Below, piece by piece: positions 18,445-26,335 of a DNA stretch of 64,000 nt (the stretch's first letter is position 1; every line of letters starts with the position of its first letter). A model generated the notes under the pieces. That model worked only from the letters and a program-made list of their open reading frames with translations. It had not been told where the DNA came from and did not search any database. The DNA is taken from positions 14,914 to 78,913 of the forward strand of contig CAIKZC010000010.1 of the NCBI GenBank assembly GCA_903831815.1, read 5' to 3'. Made by a program: the position numbers and the translations under genes. This stretch comes from an uncultured bacterium. GTDB lineage: Bacteria > Patescibacteriota > Minisyncoccia > Phycocordibacterales > UBA11359.

Positions 18445-19983
18445 TTATTTTGATCGCAGGGTATATATTATAAAGTTCGGTAAATAGGTAAACAGGGTCA
18501 CCATTGTTGATGGGTCTCGCAAATATTCTTGATATATGCTGTAAATAGGCGTTAGTTTTGTGGTTCCAAATTTCTCCCCAGAAAAAGGCAGATTTTCTGC
18601 AAAGATTAAATTTTGGAACCGTAGTCTTTTCTCCGGTTTCTTCTCTAGCTTGCGCCAAGTCTCGGCAGTTTTTCTGATGAAGCTAAAACAATACTCTAAG
18701 GCCTCGTCCATATTGAATTCTTCAACTCGTTTGTCGTGAATTTGAGATTCTTTCAGAGCGATTTTTCTGTTTACGTTATCTTTCTGCATTATGAACTCCT
18801 CTTTGGTGTAGGTGTTGGATTCTAGAAGTTCAAATACACGTTGTCGTTGTTGCTCCAGTACTTTTATCTCTTTTCTGATCTGTGCGTTCTGCTCGTCGAA
18901 GTTTTTAAAATTGTTTTTCCAAATATCTAGGACGATAGCTTTGAAGGCTTTTTCATATTGCATGCTTGGATTGATTTCGTTTAGGTGTTCGACGAACATC
19001 TGCTCAAATGATTCTTTAGGAATGAATTTAGCGTGTTCACATTTCTGCTTGTGGTGGTGATAGTATGGGTACCTCTTGCCCGCTTGTCCGGTTGAGTGGC
19101 TACCAGTTAGAGGTTCGTGGCAAAATTGACATACGGCCAATTTCCTTAAGGGGAAAGAGCTGTTGTGTGTCAGGTGTGGCGAGTTCTTGTGTTTGCGACC
19201 GGATTCTTGGCAGAGGTAGAAAAGATTTTCGTCTACGATTGGTTCAAATGAGCCTTTGCTATCAATGTCCCAAACTCGGATAATTCCGCAATAGAGAGGG
19301 TTCTTGATGATTTTCTCAACAAGCTGAGGGATAGCGGTATTGCCTTGTCTGGTGACGAAACCACGCTTGTTTAAGAAGGTTGCCAGAGAGATATAGGTGT
19401 AAGTACCTTTTGAATATTCTTGAAATGCCATTTTGATATAGGGAGCATACTTTGGATCGGGTACGAGGTTGCCGGCTTTTTCGGTTCGACAATATCCGAG
19501 TGGTGCTTGCCAGACCCAGATACCTTGCTTGATTCTTTCTCGCATACCGTTGACGCTTCTTTCTGTTCTTACGTTGTTATCAAATTCAGCAAAACCGGAG
19601 AGCATGACTTCCATGAGTTTGCCGGATGGAGTGTCATCTATTTTTTCAGAAACGGAACGAATTTCGGTGCCGTAATTTTTGAGTTTTTGTTTGACGATGG
19701 CATAGTCAGTTTGGTTGCGGGAAAATCTATCGATTTTGTAGACGATAAAATAGGCAACTTTATTTTTCTTGTTGGAGCAAAGTGAAATGGCTTTGATGAA
19801 TTCAGTACGATCAGCAGTTTTTGCAGACTCGCCACGTTCGATATAAATCTGGAGGATGTTTACATTTTCTCGTTTAGCATATTCCTTGCACATACGCTCT
19901 TGAGATTCCAAACTGGTGCCGTCAACTTGTTCGAGTGAAGAGACTCGACAATATATTATTCCATTTTTGAGTTCGTTATTCAT
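18445..19983 (-). CDS. Large serine recombinase LSR2
   Basis: 'IYCRVSS' catalytic Ser, 'KIDRFSRN', 'APLGY', zinc ribbon 'CQFC', coiled coil; att core inside the 3' end. Confidence 0.95.
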   Translation of the reverse strand: MNNELKNGIIYCRVSSLEQVDGTSLESQERMCKEYAKRENVNILQIYIERGESAKTADRTEFIKAISLCSNKKNKVAYFIVYKIDRFSRNQTDYAIVKQKLKNYGTEIRSVSEKIDDTPSGKLMEVMLSGFAEFDNNVRTERSVNGMRERIKQGIWVWQAPLGYCRTEKAGNLVPDPKYAPYIKMAFQEYSKGTYTYISLATFLNKRGFVTRQGNTAIPQLVEKIIKNPLYCGIIRVWDIDSKGSFEPIVDENLFYLCQESGRKHKNSPHLTHNSSFPLRKLAVCQFCHEPLTGSHSTGQAGKRYPYYHHHKQKCEHAKFIPKESFEQMFVEHLNEINPSMQYEKAFKAIVLDIWKNNFKNFDEQNAQIRKEIKVLEQQRQRVFELLESNTYTKEEFIMQKDNVNRKIALKESQIHDKRVEEFNMDEALEYCFSFIRKTAETWRKLEKKPEKRLRFQNLIFAENLPFSGEKFGTTKLTPIYSIYQEYLRDPSTMVTLFTYLPNFIIYTLRSK

Positions 19984-19993
19984 GGCAGTAGTT

Positions 19994-20179
19994 TTACATA
20001 TCCAAATTTAGAAGTCTATCCACCCCAAGGGGATTATTGGAACCACATTTGTCCTCAATGAAACATTCAATGGCTAGTTGGGCTTGGCCATATAGTAAAT
20101 TACGAATTTTCGTTAATTCTTCGTCAGATTTTTCTTGCAAGGCCGGCTCTATTCTTTTGAGTTCATCGAGGGAGATCAT
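19994..20179 (-). CDS. Small protein between Rep and LSR2 (candidate directionality factor)
   Basis: 61 aa, ATGA-coupled to Rep, 10 bp before LSR2. Confidence 0.6.
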   Translation of the reverse strand: MISLDELKRIEPALQEKSDEELTKIRNLLYGQAQLAIECFIEDKCGSNNPLGVDRLLNLDM

Positions 20180-20982
20180 AGCAGTTCGCGAAGGTTGGGC
20201 AGGATGTCAAAAATCGACTGCTTTTTGCCAAGATTGTATTGTTTGTAGCCGACTGTTCCATTGTAAGAGCTTTCAAAATCTTTTTCTTTGGTGAGAAATT
20301 TTTGTGGTATCAGTTTAGAAATTCTGGTAGCTTTAATATGATCTTTGATCACGATAGGCCTGTGGAGGTAACGACTCGGAAAATATCTTTTTAATCCATC
20401 TAGTCGGCTGTCCGCTAAATTCTTGGACATATATTTTGAAATATACGCACCTACATTATTCACGTTTTCAATCGCTTTGATTTTGATATGACCGTATCGC
20501 CAGAGTTCAGCCAAAGTTTCTTTCTTGATGAATTTCAGATTGAAGAAAATAGTGTGATAGTGAATCGCTCCACGTTTTTGGAATTCAATGACCACGACAT
20601 ATTTGAGTAGATTGTTTTCGTCTACCGCATAATTAAGACGTTTAATAAAATTAGAAAATATTTTATTCGCTTCTTTTATGTTTTGGATATTTTCTTTAAA
20701 AGTAAAAGTAACGAAAACCGGAGGGTAGGGAACGGCATCTTTTTTGAACCATTGCCAAGCATTGGTGTTGACCAGTCTTCGCAAGATTGAATTTGTACGA
20801 TGAAGTGATCGTTGTTGAGATTCCGCTTTGCGCTGTTTGCTGGCTTCATCAGTCACCACAATTCTGGATCGAGTACGGCTTTGTTCGGGTACGGTAAAAT
20901 CATAGGACAGTGGTTTGTCGTCATAGCTGTATTCCTCAATAGTGGAACCAGAAAATATTAGTTTTTTCTTAGTTAATTTCAT
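20176..20982 (-). CDS. HUH rolling-circle replication initiator
   Basis: Motif I 'FVTFTF', motif II 'EFQKRGAIHYH', motif III 'YISKYMSK'. Confidence 0.88.
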   Translation of the reverse strand: MKLTKKKLIFSGSTIEEYSYDDKPLSYDFTVPEQSRTRSRIVVTDEASKQRKAESQQRSLHRTNSILRRLVNTNAWQWFKKDAVPYPPVFVTFTFKENIQNIKEANKIFSNFIKRLNYAVDENNLLKYVVVIEFQKRGAIHYHTIFFNLKFIKKETLAELWRYGHIKIKAIENVNNVGAYISKYMSKNLADSRLDGLKRYFPSRYLHRPIVIKDHIKATRISKLIPQKFLTKEKDFESSYNGTVGYKQYNLGKKQSIFDILPNLRELL

Positions 20983-20990
20983 CCCTTTAT

Positions 20991-21061
20991 GTGTGACTAT
21001 AATCAAGTCCAACCGGACTTCGCTTCGCTCGTCCGCCCGCCCCGCATAAGCGGGGGCGGGC
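20991..21061 (-). promoter_or_regulatory. Putative double-strand origin of rolling-circle replication
   Basis: Minus-strand ACTTGATTA (cf. CTTG/ATA nick sites of phiX174 and pC194), hairpin AAGTCC/GGACTT (21005-21020) and GC-rich hairpin 21035-21061, directly upstream of rep. Confidence 0.6.
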
Positions 21062-21154
21062 ACCCGACAGCGATAGCAAAAAGACCATGATGTATTGTCA
21101 TGGCCAAGTATAAATAACGACTTAGAGAAAACTTTTCTAGAAATTCGGTAAAGT

Positions 21155-21895
21155 TTATAGAACCCTTAAATATTCTGGGTTAATTCGCACTTTTCCGGAT
21201 ATGGTAGAGTTAAAAATTAGAAATTGTTTGATCTTGTTGTCGGTCGCTTCTCGCACTTTTTCGTTGATGGCTTTGCAGGCAGAGTGATAGCGTTTCCAGT
21301 TATCTTTGTCTTTGGTGTATAGCTCCTTATTTTCGCCAAATTCCTCTCTGGCTATTTCAGCGTAATAGAACTCGTCTTTCAGATTATCTTCGTGATCAAT
21401 GAAAATATTTTTTAGAATTTTGTGTTCGTTGGTTACCTTGTCTTGTCTGGCGATTTTGATCTCGTGTTCACCAATTCGCAAGATACTTTCTGCTTCATTA
21501 AATTCCGGTGTTCTTATTATCTCTTTTGGTTCAATACCTCGCTTATACCGCTCCAGTACTTTATATATTGAATCGGCGACAATGACGTAGAATATTGGAA
21601 TTCGTATTACTCCGTTTACCGTATTATCTACGTCAAAATCGTCTACGTTAGGGTCGAACTTGGCCGGATCGCGAACGGTTTCAATAATTATGCAACCTTT
21701 TTGCTCTAAATATTCAAGAGCTGAACAAAAACCGTATCGGTTCATATTGAGCGGTTCGATATCTTCGCCATATATATCGATGGTAGGTGGTTCATCCTCC
21801 GATGTATGAAGATACCTAGCAGATATCTCAAATTCTTTGAGTTTGAAGACTAATAGCTCTAGTGTTTTGATGATTTCTTGGTCGAAATTGTCCAT
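21155..21895 (-). CDS. Hypothetical protein, possible C-terminal winged helix
   Basis: 246-aa ORF divergent from the XRE regulator. Confidence 0.7.
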   Translation of the reverse strand: MDNFDQEIIKTLELLVFKLKEFEISARYLHTSEDEPPTIDIYGEDIEPLNMNRYGFCSALEYLEQKGCIIIETVRDPAKFDPNVDDFDVDNTVNGVIRIPIFYVIVADSIYKVLERYKRGIEPKEIIRTPEFNEAESILRIGEHEIKIARQDKVTNEHKILKNIFIDHEDNLKDEFYYAEIAREEFGENKELYTKDKDNWKRYHSACKAINEKVREATDNKIKQFLIFNSTISGKVRINPEYLRVL

Positions 21896-21970
21896 GGTTT
21901 TTATGCGGGTATATTAGCACTTTTTAGACTTGAAGTAATGGAGTTATGAACAGGCAAATGACCGGTTAGT

Positions 21971-21991
21971 AATATCCAAACTTTGGATATT
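21971..21991. promoter_or_regulatory. Palindromic operator
   Basis: AATATCCAAA-C-TTTGGATATT perfect dyad just upstream of the XRE gene. Confidence 0.6.
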
Positions 21992-22019
21992 GAATATTTA
22001 GATAGACCATAGTAGTATT

Positions 22020-22241
22020 ATGACAAGGTCTATAAGAACAAGGGAATATGCTTATTTTGTCGAGCGATTAAGAAAAGCTCGTGAAGAGGCGGGATTAACT
22101 CAGGTGGAGGTTGCTAGGAAGTTAAAACGTCCGCAGTCGCATATTTCTAATGTGGAATCCGGACAGCAAAGGGTTGATGTTGTCGAACTTCAAAACTTTG
22201 CGAAGATCTATAATAAGGAAATAGGGTATTTTATTAAATAA
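22020..22241 (+). CDS. XRE-family HTH regulator
   Basis: 'LRKAREEAGLTQVEVARKLKRPQSHISNVESGQQRVD'. Confidence 0.92.
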   Translation: MTRSIRTREYAYFVERLRKAREEAGLTQVEVARKLKRPQSHISNVESGQQRVDVVELQNFAKIYNKEIGYFIK

Positions 22242-22247
22242 AAATTT

Positions 22248-22757
22248 ATGTTTTGTAAACATTGTGGGACTAGCTTGGAAGAAGGAGTGAAGTTTTGTGG
22301 TAAGTGTGGAGGAAAAAATGCAGATGCCGTTGCTCTTGCAGAATCTTCTTTTGTAATACAGGAAGGTTTTTTTGAGCGTATTTCCACGGGCAGACTCGGC
22401 AGACGAAATTATTTCTTTGGCTTATTGTACACAATTTTGCCGATTCCTATTTTGGTTACGTTTTGGGGGTTGATTAGTTTTCTTCTGGGTCAAGAGTCTC
22501 CGATCTTCTCATTTTTTAGCATGATAATCCCGCTTCTTATTGGTCTTGCTGTATTATGGTTCCTAGCCTCTCTTCCTGTGTCTATCTGCATAACAATTAG
22601 ACGTTGTCATGATTTCGGTTTGAGTGGGTGGTTTGTTCTATTAGGAGGCATAATAATGTTAATTGCATTATTTCCAGGTAGTAACAAAGGCTTAAATGAA
22701 TACGGTAAACCGCCGGTGAAAGGCAGGAAATTTTTATCTGATATTTTTAATAAATAA
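22248..22757 (+). CDS. Zinc-ribbon plus DUF805 membrane protein
   Basis: 'MFCKHCG...FCGKCG'; 'GRLGRRNYF', 'IRRCHDFGLSGW', 'NEYG'. Confidence 0.85.
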   Translation: MFCKHCGTSLEEGVKFCGKCGGKNADAVALAESSFVIQEGFFERISTGRLGRRNYFFGLLYTILPIPILVTFWGLISFLLGQESPIFSFFSMIIPLLIGLAVLWFLASLPVSICITIRRCHDFGLSGWFVLLGGIIMLIALFPGSNKGLNEYGKPPVKGRKFLSDIFNK

Positions 22758-22762
22758 AAACC

Positions 22763-23896
22763 ATGTTTTGTAAAAATTGTGGGAACAAGATTAAAGATGA
22801 AGAAAAGTTTTGTTCATCTTGCGGAGTTGGAGCTGGGCAAGTTGGTAAAAGTGATCTGCCGGCAGATTCTGTTAAAAAGGAAGTAAGAGCAATAATTAAG
22901 TGTGGGAATTGCGCCTACATTGGTCCTGGAGAGCCAGCAAGAAGCATTGCCGGCATAATCCTAGCTTGGCTATGTGTTTTGTTCGCTCCGATAATCACAA
23001 TTATATATTTTGCGGCAACCCACAAATATAGGTGTCCAAAATGTAAGTCTACGTTTCTTGGTGTCAAAAACAGAGAAGGCAATTTTGTTGGTCAAAGTGG
23101 TGCTGGGCGAGTCGTTATTGTGATTGTTTTTCTACTTGTCGGTATTGCTGTTATGGGTATTTTATCTGCTATTGTTTTAGCATCATTAAATAGTGCACGC
23201 ACGAAAGCTAAAGATGCTCAAATTCAGGCAGGTCTTAGTAGTATGCGAGCGGCTGCCGAGATTTATTATTCAAAAAATTTAGAATCTTATTCAGTAGCTT
23301 CCGACTGTAATCATGGGATGTTTGCTTCCAGTGATCTTTCCGATCTTGTTTCTAACGTTCAGGAAAAAGGTACCAACGTAAAATGTTACGCAAATGGTGA
23401 CAGTTGGGCTGCTTCCTCTGTACTAACTAATTCAACGGGCGATAGTTGGTGTGTTGATAGTACTGGCAAAAGTCAAAATGGGACGGCTACAGAGAGTAAC
23501 TTGAAAGCTTTTTGTTCTAAAGATATTTCTTCAAATAGTTCAGTTGAAGATTCAAGTGATTCTATGACTAACGAAGAATATGTTAAACAAGTAGTTGTTG
23601 AAGCAAAAAAACAACTAACTCTCCCAAAAAAGACTGATGAAAATACGACTTTGACGGATATTGTCGCTGAACAATCAACCTTGCGTTATAAGTACACTCT
23701 GCAAGGGTTAGACCTAAGTGATTATACCGACAGTTCATTTAATAAAAAAATGAAGCCTTTGCTGGCCGATGATCTGTGTAAAAATGATAGTCTGACTGGT
23801 TTTCTGAATAGAGGCATAGATGTAAAGTATTCATATTTAGATTTAGAAACATACAAAAGTTATCTCATAACCTTTACTAAGGGTGATTGTTTATAA
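22763..23896 (+). CDS. Zinc-ribbon / membrane-spanning Zn motif / pilin-like fusion protein
   Basis: N-terminal double CxxC, then CxxC-TM-CxxC, then 'GILSAIVLASLNSARTKAKDAQIQAGLSSMRAAAEIYY' type IV pilin-like helix and 'WCVDSTG'. Confidence 0.75.
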   Translation: MFCKNCGNKIKDEEKFCSSCGVGAGQVGKSDLPADSVKKEVRAIIKCGNCAYIGPGEPARSIAGIILAWLCVLFAPIITIIYFAATHKYRCPKCKSTFLGVKNREGNFVGQSGAGRVVIVIVFLLVGIAVMGILSAIVLASLNSARTKAKDAQIQAGLSSMRAAAEIYYSKNLESYSVASDCNHGMFASSDLSDLVSNVQEKGTNVKCYANGDSWAASSVLTNSTGDSWCVDSTGKSQNGTATESNLKAFCSKDISSNSSVEDSSDSMTNEEYVKQVVVEAKKQLTLPKKTDENTTLTDIVAEQSTLRYKYTLQGLDLSDYTDSSFNKKMKPLLADDLCKNDSLTGFLNRGIDVKYSYLDLETYKSYLITFTKGDCL

Positions 23897-23901
23897 AATA
23901 T

Positions 23902-24132
23902 ATGCACTGCACAAATTGTGGGAACAAAAATGATCCTGATACAAAATTCTGTGGTAAATGCGGAGCTGAGCATATCGTGAAAGACACAGACTCAAAAATA
24001 AATTTTGTATCTAATTCTACTTGGGCTACTCAAACAACAGGTGTCAAAATTGCAATATACATAGTACTTGCATTTGCTGGTCTAATACTTGTTTCTATGA
24101 TTCTTTTGTATATTCCTTCTTTTTGGCGTTAA
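23902..24132 (+). CDS. Zinc-ribbon membrane protein
   Basis: 'MHCTNCG...FCGKCG' plus a C-terminal TM. Confidence 0.75.
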   Translation: MHCTNCGNKNDPDTKFCGKCGAEHIVKDTDSKINFVSNSTWATQTTGVKIAIYIVLAFAGLILVSMILLYIPSFWR

Positions 24133-24254
24133 TGGCGGTCTATCCTGTAGAGAAATTTGTAAGATAAGCCTAAATTAAACGGCTTACTTATGTGTGGCTA
24201 TTCGCAAGTTGTGGATATCCAACAGCTTGACTTTTGTAGCCCCATGGAGTAAGA

Positions 24255-24303
24255 TACTAAGTGAAAGTCACCTGCGCCAGCGAAAGCTGTGTGCAGGTTT
24301 TCG
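24255..24303 (+). ncRNA. Candidate small hairpin RNA upstream of the NYN gene
   Basis: TTGACT-17-TAAGAT promoter (24228-24256), then ACCTGCGC-CAGC-GAAA-GCTG-T-GTGCAGGT-TTT. Confidence 0.45.
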
Positions 24304-24326
24304 TTATGGGGTGTATAATACAGGCC

Positions 24327-25004
24327 ATGGAACGAATCTGTATACATATTGATGGGGGTAATTTCTACCATTTAGTCCTCAAAAAACTCGGTCTAAAAGA
24401 GAAAGATTTTGACTTTGATAAGTTCACTCAATTTCTCGCCGGAGAGAAAAGGACTATATCTGAAATGGGTAAACGATACTATGTGGGTACAGTAAGAGAA
24501 AAAGTTGGTGACGAGAGAAGTAAAATATCGATGGCTTTGCAAACCTCACTTTTTGCACGACTGAAATCTACTAAATGGGAAATAAAAACAAGCAAATTAA
24601 GGACGAGGATCGAAGAAATTGTTATTGACCAGAGAGTACAAGATTTTAAAAAACTGCAGAAATTGGGAATCAAATCTATTGTATTTGAAAGACAGCGAGA
24701 GAAGGGTATTGATGTAAAACTGGCTACTGATCTGATTGTCGGAGCAATAGATAACAAATATGATACAGCTATAGTAGTTAGTTCGGATGGTGATCTTATT
24801 CCAGCAATTGATTGGGTACGAAATAGATTTAAGAAGAAAATAGAATACGTCGGCTTTTCTATTGCAGATCCAAAAAATCCAAAAAATTCTACTAGACCGT
24901 TGCTTTCGATGATACCAAAAACAGATATTCAACGTACTTTGACAGCAGAGGACTTAAAGCCGTTTATCATTCGATTACCGTTAACCGATGGGGAGGTTGG
25001 CTAA
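24327..25004 (+). CDS. NYN-domain (LabA/DUF88, PIN-like) nuclease
   Basis: 'IHIDGGNF', 'EKGIDVKLATD', 'VSSDGDLIP'. Confidence 0.92.
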   Translation: MERICIHIDGGNFYHLVLKKLGLKEKDFDFDKFTQFLAGEKRTISEMGKRYYVGTVREKVGDERSKISMALQTSLFARLKSTKWEIKTSKLRTRIEEIVIDQRVQDFKKLQKLGIKSIVFERQREKGIDVKLATDLIVGAIDNKYDTAIVVSSDGDLIPAIDWVRNRFKKKIEYVGFSIADPKNPKNSTRPLLSMIPKTDIQRTLTAEDLKPFIIRLPLTDGEVG

Positions 25005-25013
25005 AATCTATAT

Positions 25014-25667
25014 ATGCATAATATAATATTCAGACACTTTTCGGAGAAAAATACTTCCAATGTTGGTTCAATTGTTGATTGGATAACTATTCTCACATTT
25101 ATTACAACAATCGTTATTTTCTTAATTGATAGTTATTTCAATCGAAGACAAGAACATGAAAAGTGTTTGAATAGATTACTGTCTTTGAAATTTGAGCTTC
25201 AAAAAAATACGAATATAATAAATAAGTTTATCAACGAAATTGAAAAACAGTTATTAAGCGGGAGTAAAGTGGTTTATTACAGGTACGACACTTTGGTAAC
25301 GGAGTCTCTTATTTCAAGTGGAGAAATATTGGACTCGGATTTTCTTAGAAACCTTGATGCAATTTTAGGTGAAGAAAAACAAATAAACAGGCTTTTGGAC
25401 AGCATTGAAAAAATGGCAGATATGTCGCACGTAGATTCTGGTGACATTGCAAATTTGTTTAAAAATAGAATAACCACTGCTTCAAATTTGGTTGTATCAA
25501 TAAACAAAAATTTGACCAAATATTATCCAAAGGTAATCGATGGATTAGGTTCATATATTAGAAAAACAGAGGCAAAGAAATTTTTGGGCGTAAAGGCTTT
25601 TAATGTTTGTACTAATGAAAAGGAGATTAAAGAGGAGTTTTGGAAGGAGAAATATCAAATTTTATAG
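25014..25667 (+). CDS. Hypothetical protein with N-terminal TM
   Basis: 217-aa AT-rich ORF. Confidence 0.7.
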   Translation: MHNIIFRHFSEKNTSNVGSIVDWITILTFITTIVIFLIDSYFNRRQEHEKCLNRLLSLKFELQKNTNIINKFINEIEKQLLSGSKVVYYRYDTLVTESLISSGEILDSDFLRNLDAILGEEKQINRLLDSIEKMADMSHVDSGDIANLFKNRITTASNLVVSINKNLTKYYPKVIDGLGSYIRKTEAKKFLGVKAFNVCTNEKEIKEEFWKEKYQIL

Positions 25668-25693
25668 CCACGATACCCTTAAACTCCTGGTGT

Positions 25694-25743
25694 GCCCTTA
25701 TATTCCCACAAACTTGGTCCCAATTCCATTTAACGAGGGTCAC
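25694..25743. repeat. att-arm repeat, copy A
   Basis: GCCCTTATATTCCCACAAACTTGGTCCCAATTCCATTTAACGAGGGTCAC; 45/50 identical to 26286-26335. Confidence 0.85.
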
Positions 25744-25791
25744 TCGTGAACATCGTGAATGTTGTGAACATCTCTGGTACAATCATCTGAT

Positions 25792-26247
25792 ATGGATAAA
25801 AAGATTATTATTCGATGCAGAGCTATTATTCTCCACAAAGGAAAATTGTTGGTTGTTAAACATTCACCGGAAAATACTTTTTATGTGTTGCCTGGAGGCC
25901 ACTTTGAATGGGGCGAGGAGGTGAAGGAGTGTATGAGTCGTGAATTGGAGGAAGAGCTTGGCATAAAAGGTGATGTGGGGAGATTGTTTTATGTAAACAA
26001 TTTTGTGTGCGACGATACGGATTATATAAGTAAGGGTACACAATCTATTGAATTTTTCTTTGAAATAAAAAACTCTGCTGATTATGCAAATATGAACAAA
26101 CCAACTGGTTCGCATGCCGATGAGATCTATGAACTCAGATGGGTTAGCAAAGACGATGATGTGAATATTATGCCACTAAGTATTAGTAAAGATTTAAGAG
26201 ATGGTGAGCTTGGGTCTGAATCGCCCCGCTTCATTAGAAGTCAATAA
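25792..26247 (+). CDS. NUDIX hydrolase
   Basis: Nudix box 'PGGHFEWGEEVKECMSRELEEELG'. Confidence 0.9.
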   Translation: MDKKIIIRCRAIILHKGKLLVVKHSPENTFYVLPGGHFEWGEEVKECMSRELEEELGIKGDVGRLFYVNNFVCDDTDYISKGTQSIEFFFEIKNSADYANMNKPTGSHADEIYELRWVSKDDDVNIMPLSISKDLRDGELGSESPRFIRSQ

Positions 26248-26285
26248 ATGGGTGTTACCTGACTAAAGCACTTAATTCCTGAAAA

Positions 26286-26335
26286 GCCCTTATATTTCCA
26301 CAAAGTTGGTTCCAATTCCATCTAACGTGGGTCAC
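26286..26335. repeat. att-arm repeat, copy B
   Basis: GCCCTTATATTTCCACAAAGTTGGTTCCAATTCCATCTAACGTGGGTCAC. Confidence 0.85.

Larger units (their letters stand above)
9039..18503. mobile_element. Element 1: LSR1 satellite-like integrative element
   Basis: Bounded by AGAGTCACCA (tRNA end) and AGGGTCACCA (18494-18503); the reconstructed attP shows 10/14 dyad symmetry around GTCA. Confidence 0.75.
18497..25743. mobile_element. Element 2: LSR2 plus rolling-circle Rep integrative element
   Basis: Bounded by GGGTCAC cores; the right arm restores an in-frame LSR2 C-terminus. Confidence 0.7.

Noticed and set aside
18368-18658. 96-aa ORF as an independent gene
   Set aside because: Overlaps LSR2 out of frame; only its distal part is meaningful, as the attP-state tail of LSR1
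24267-24272. GTCACC as an additional att core
   Set aside because: Lies within the promoter-hairpin unit upstream of NYN and shows no similarity to the att arms
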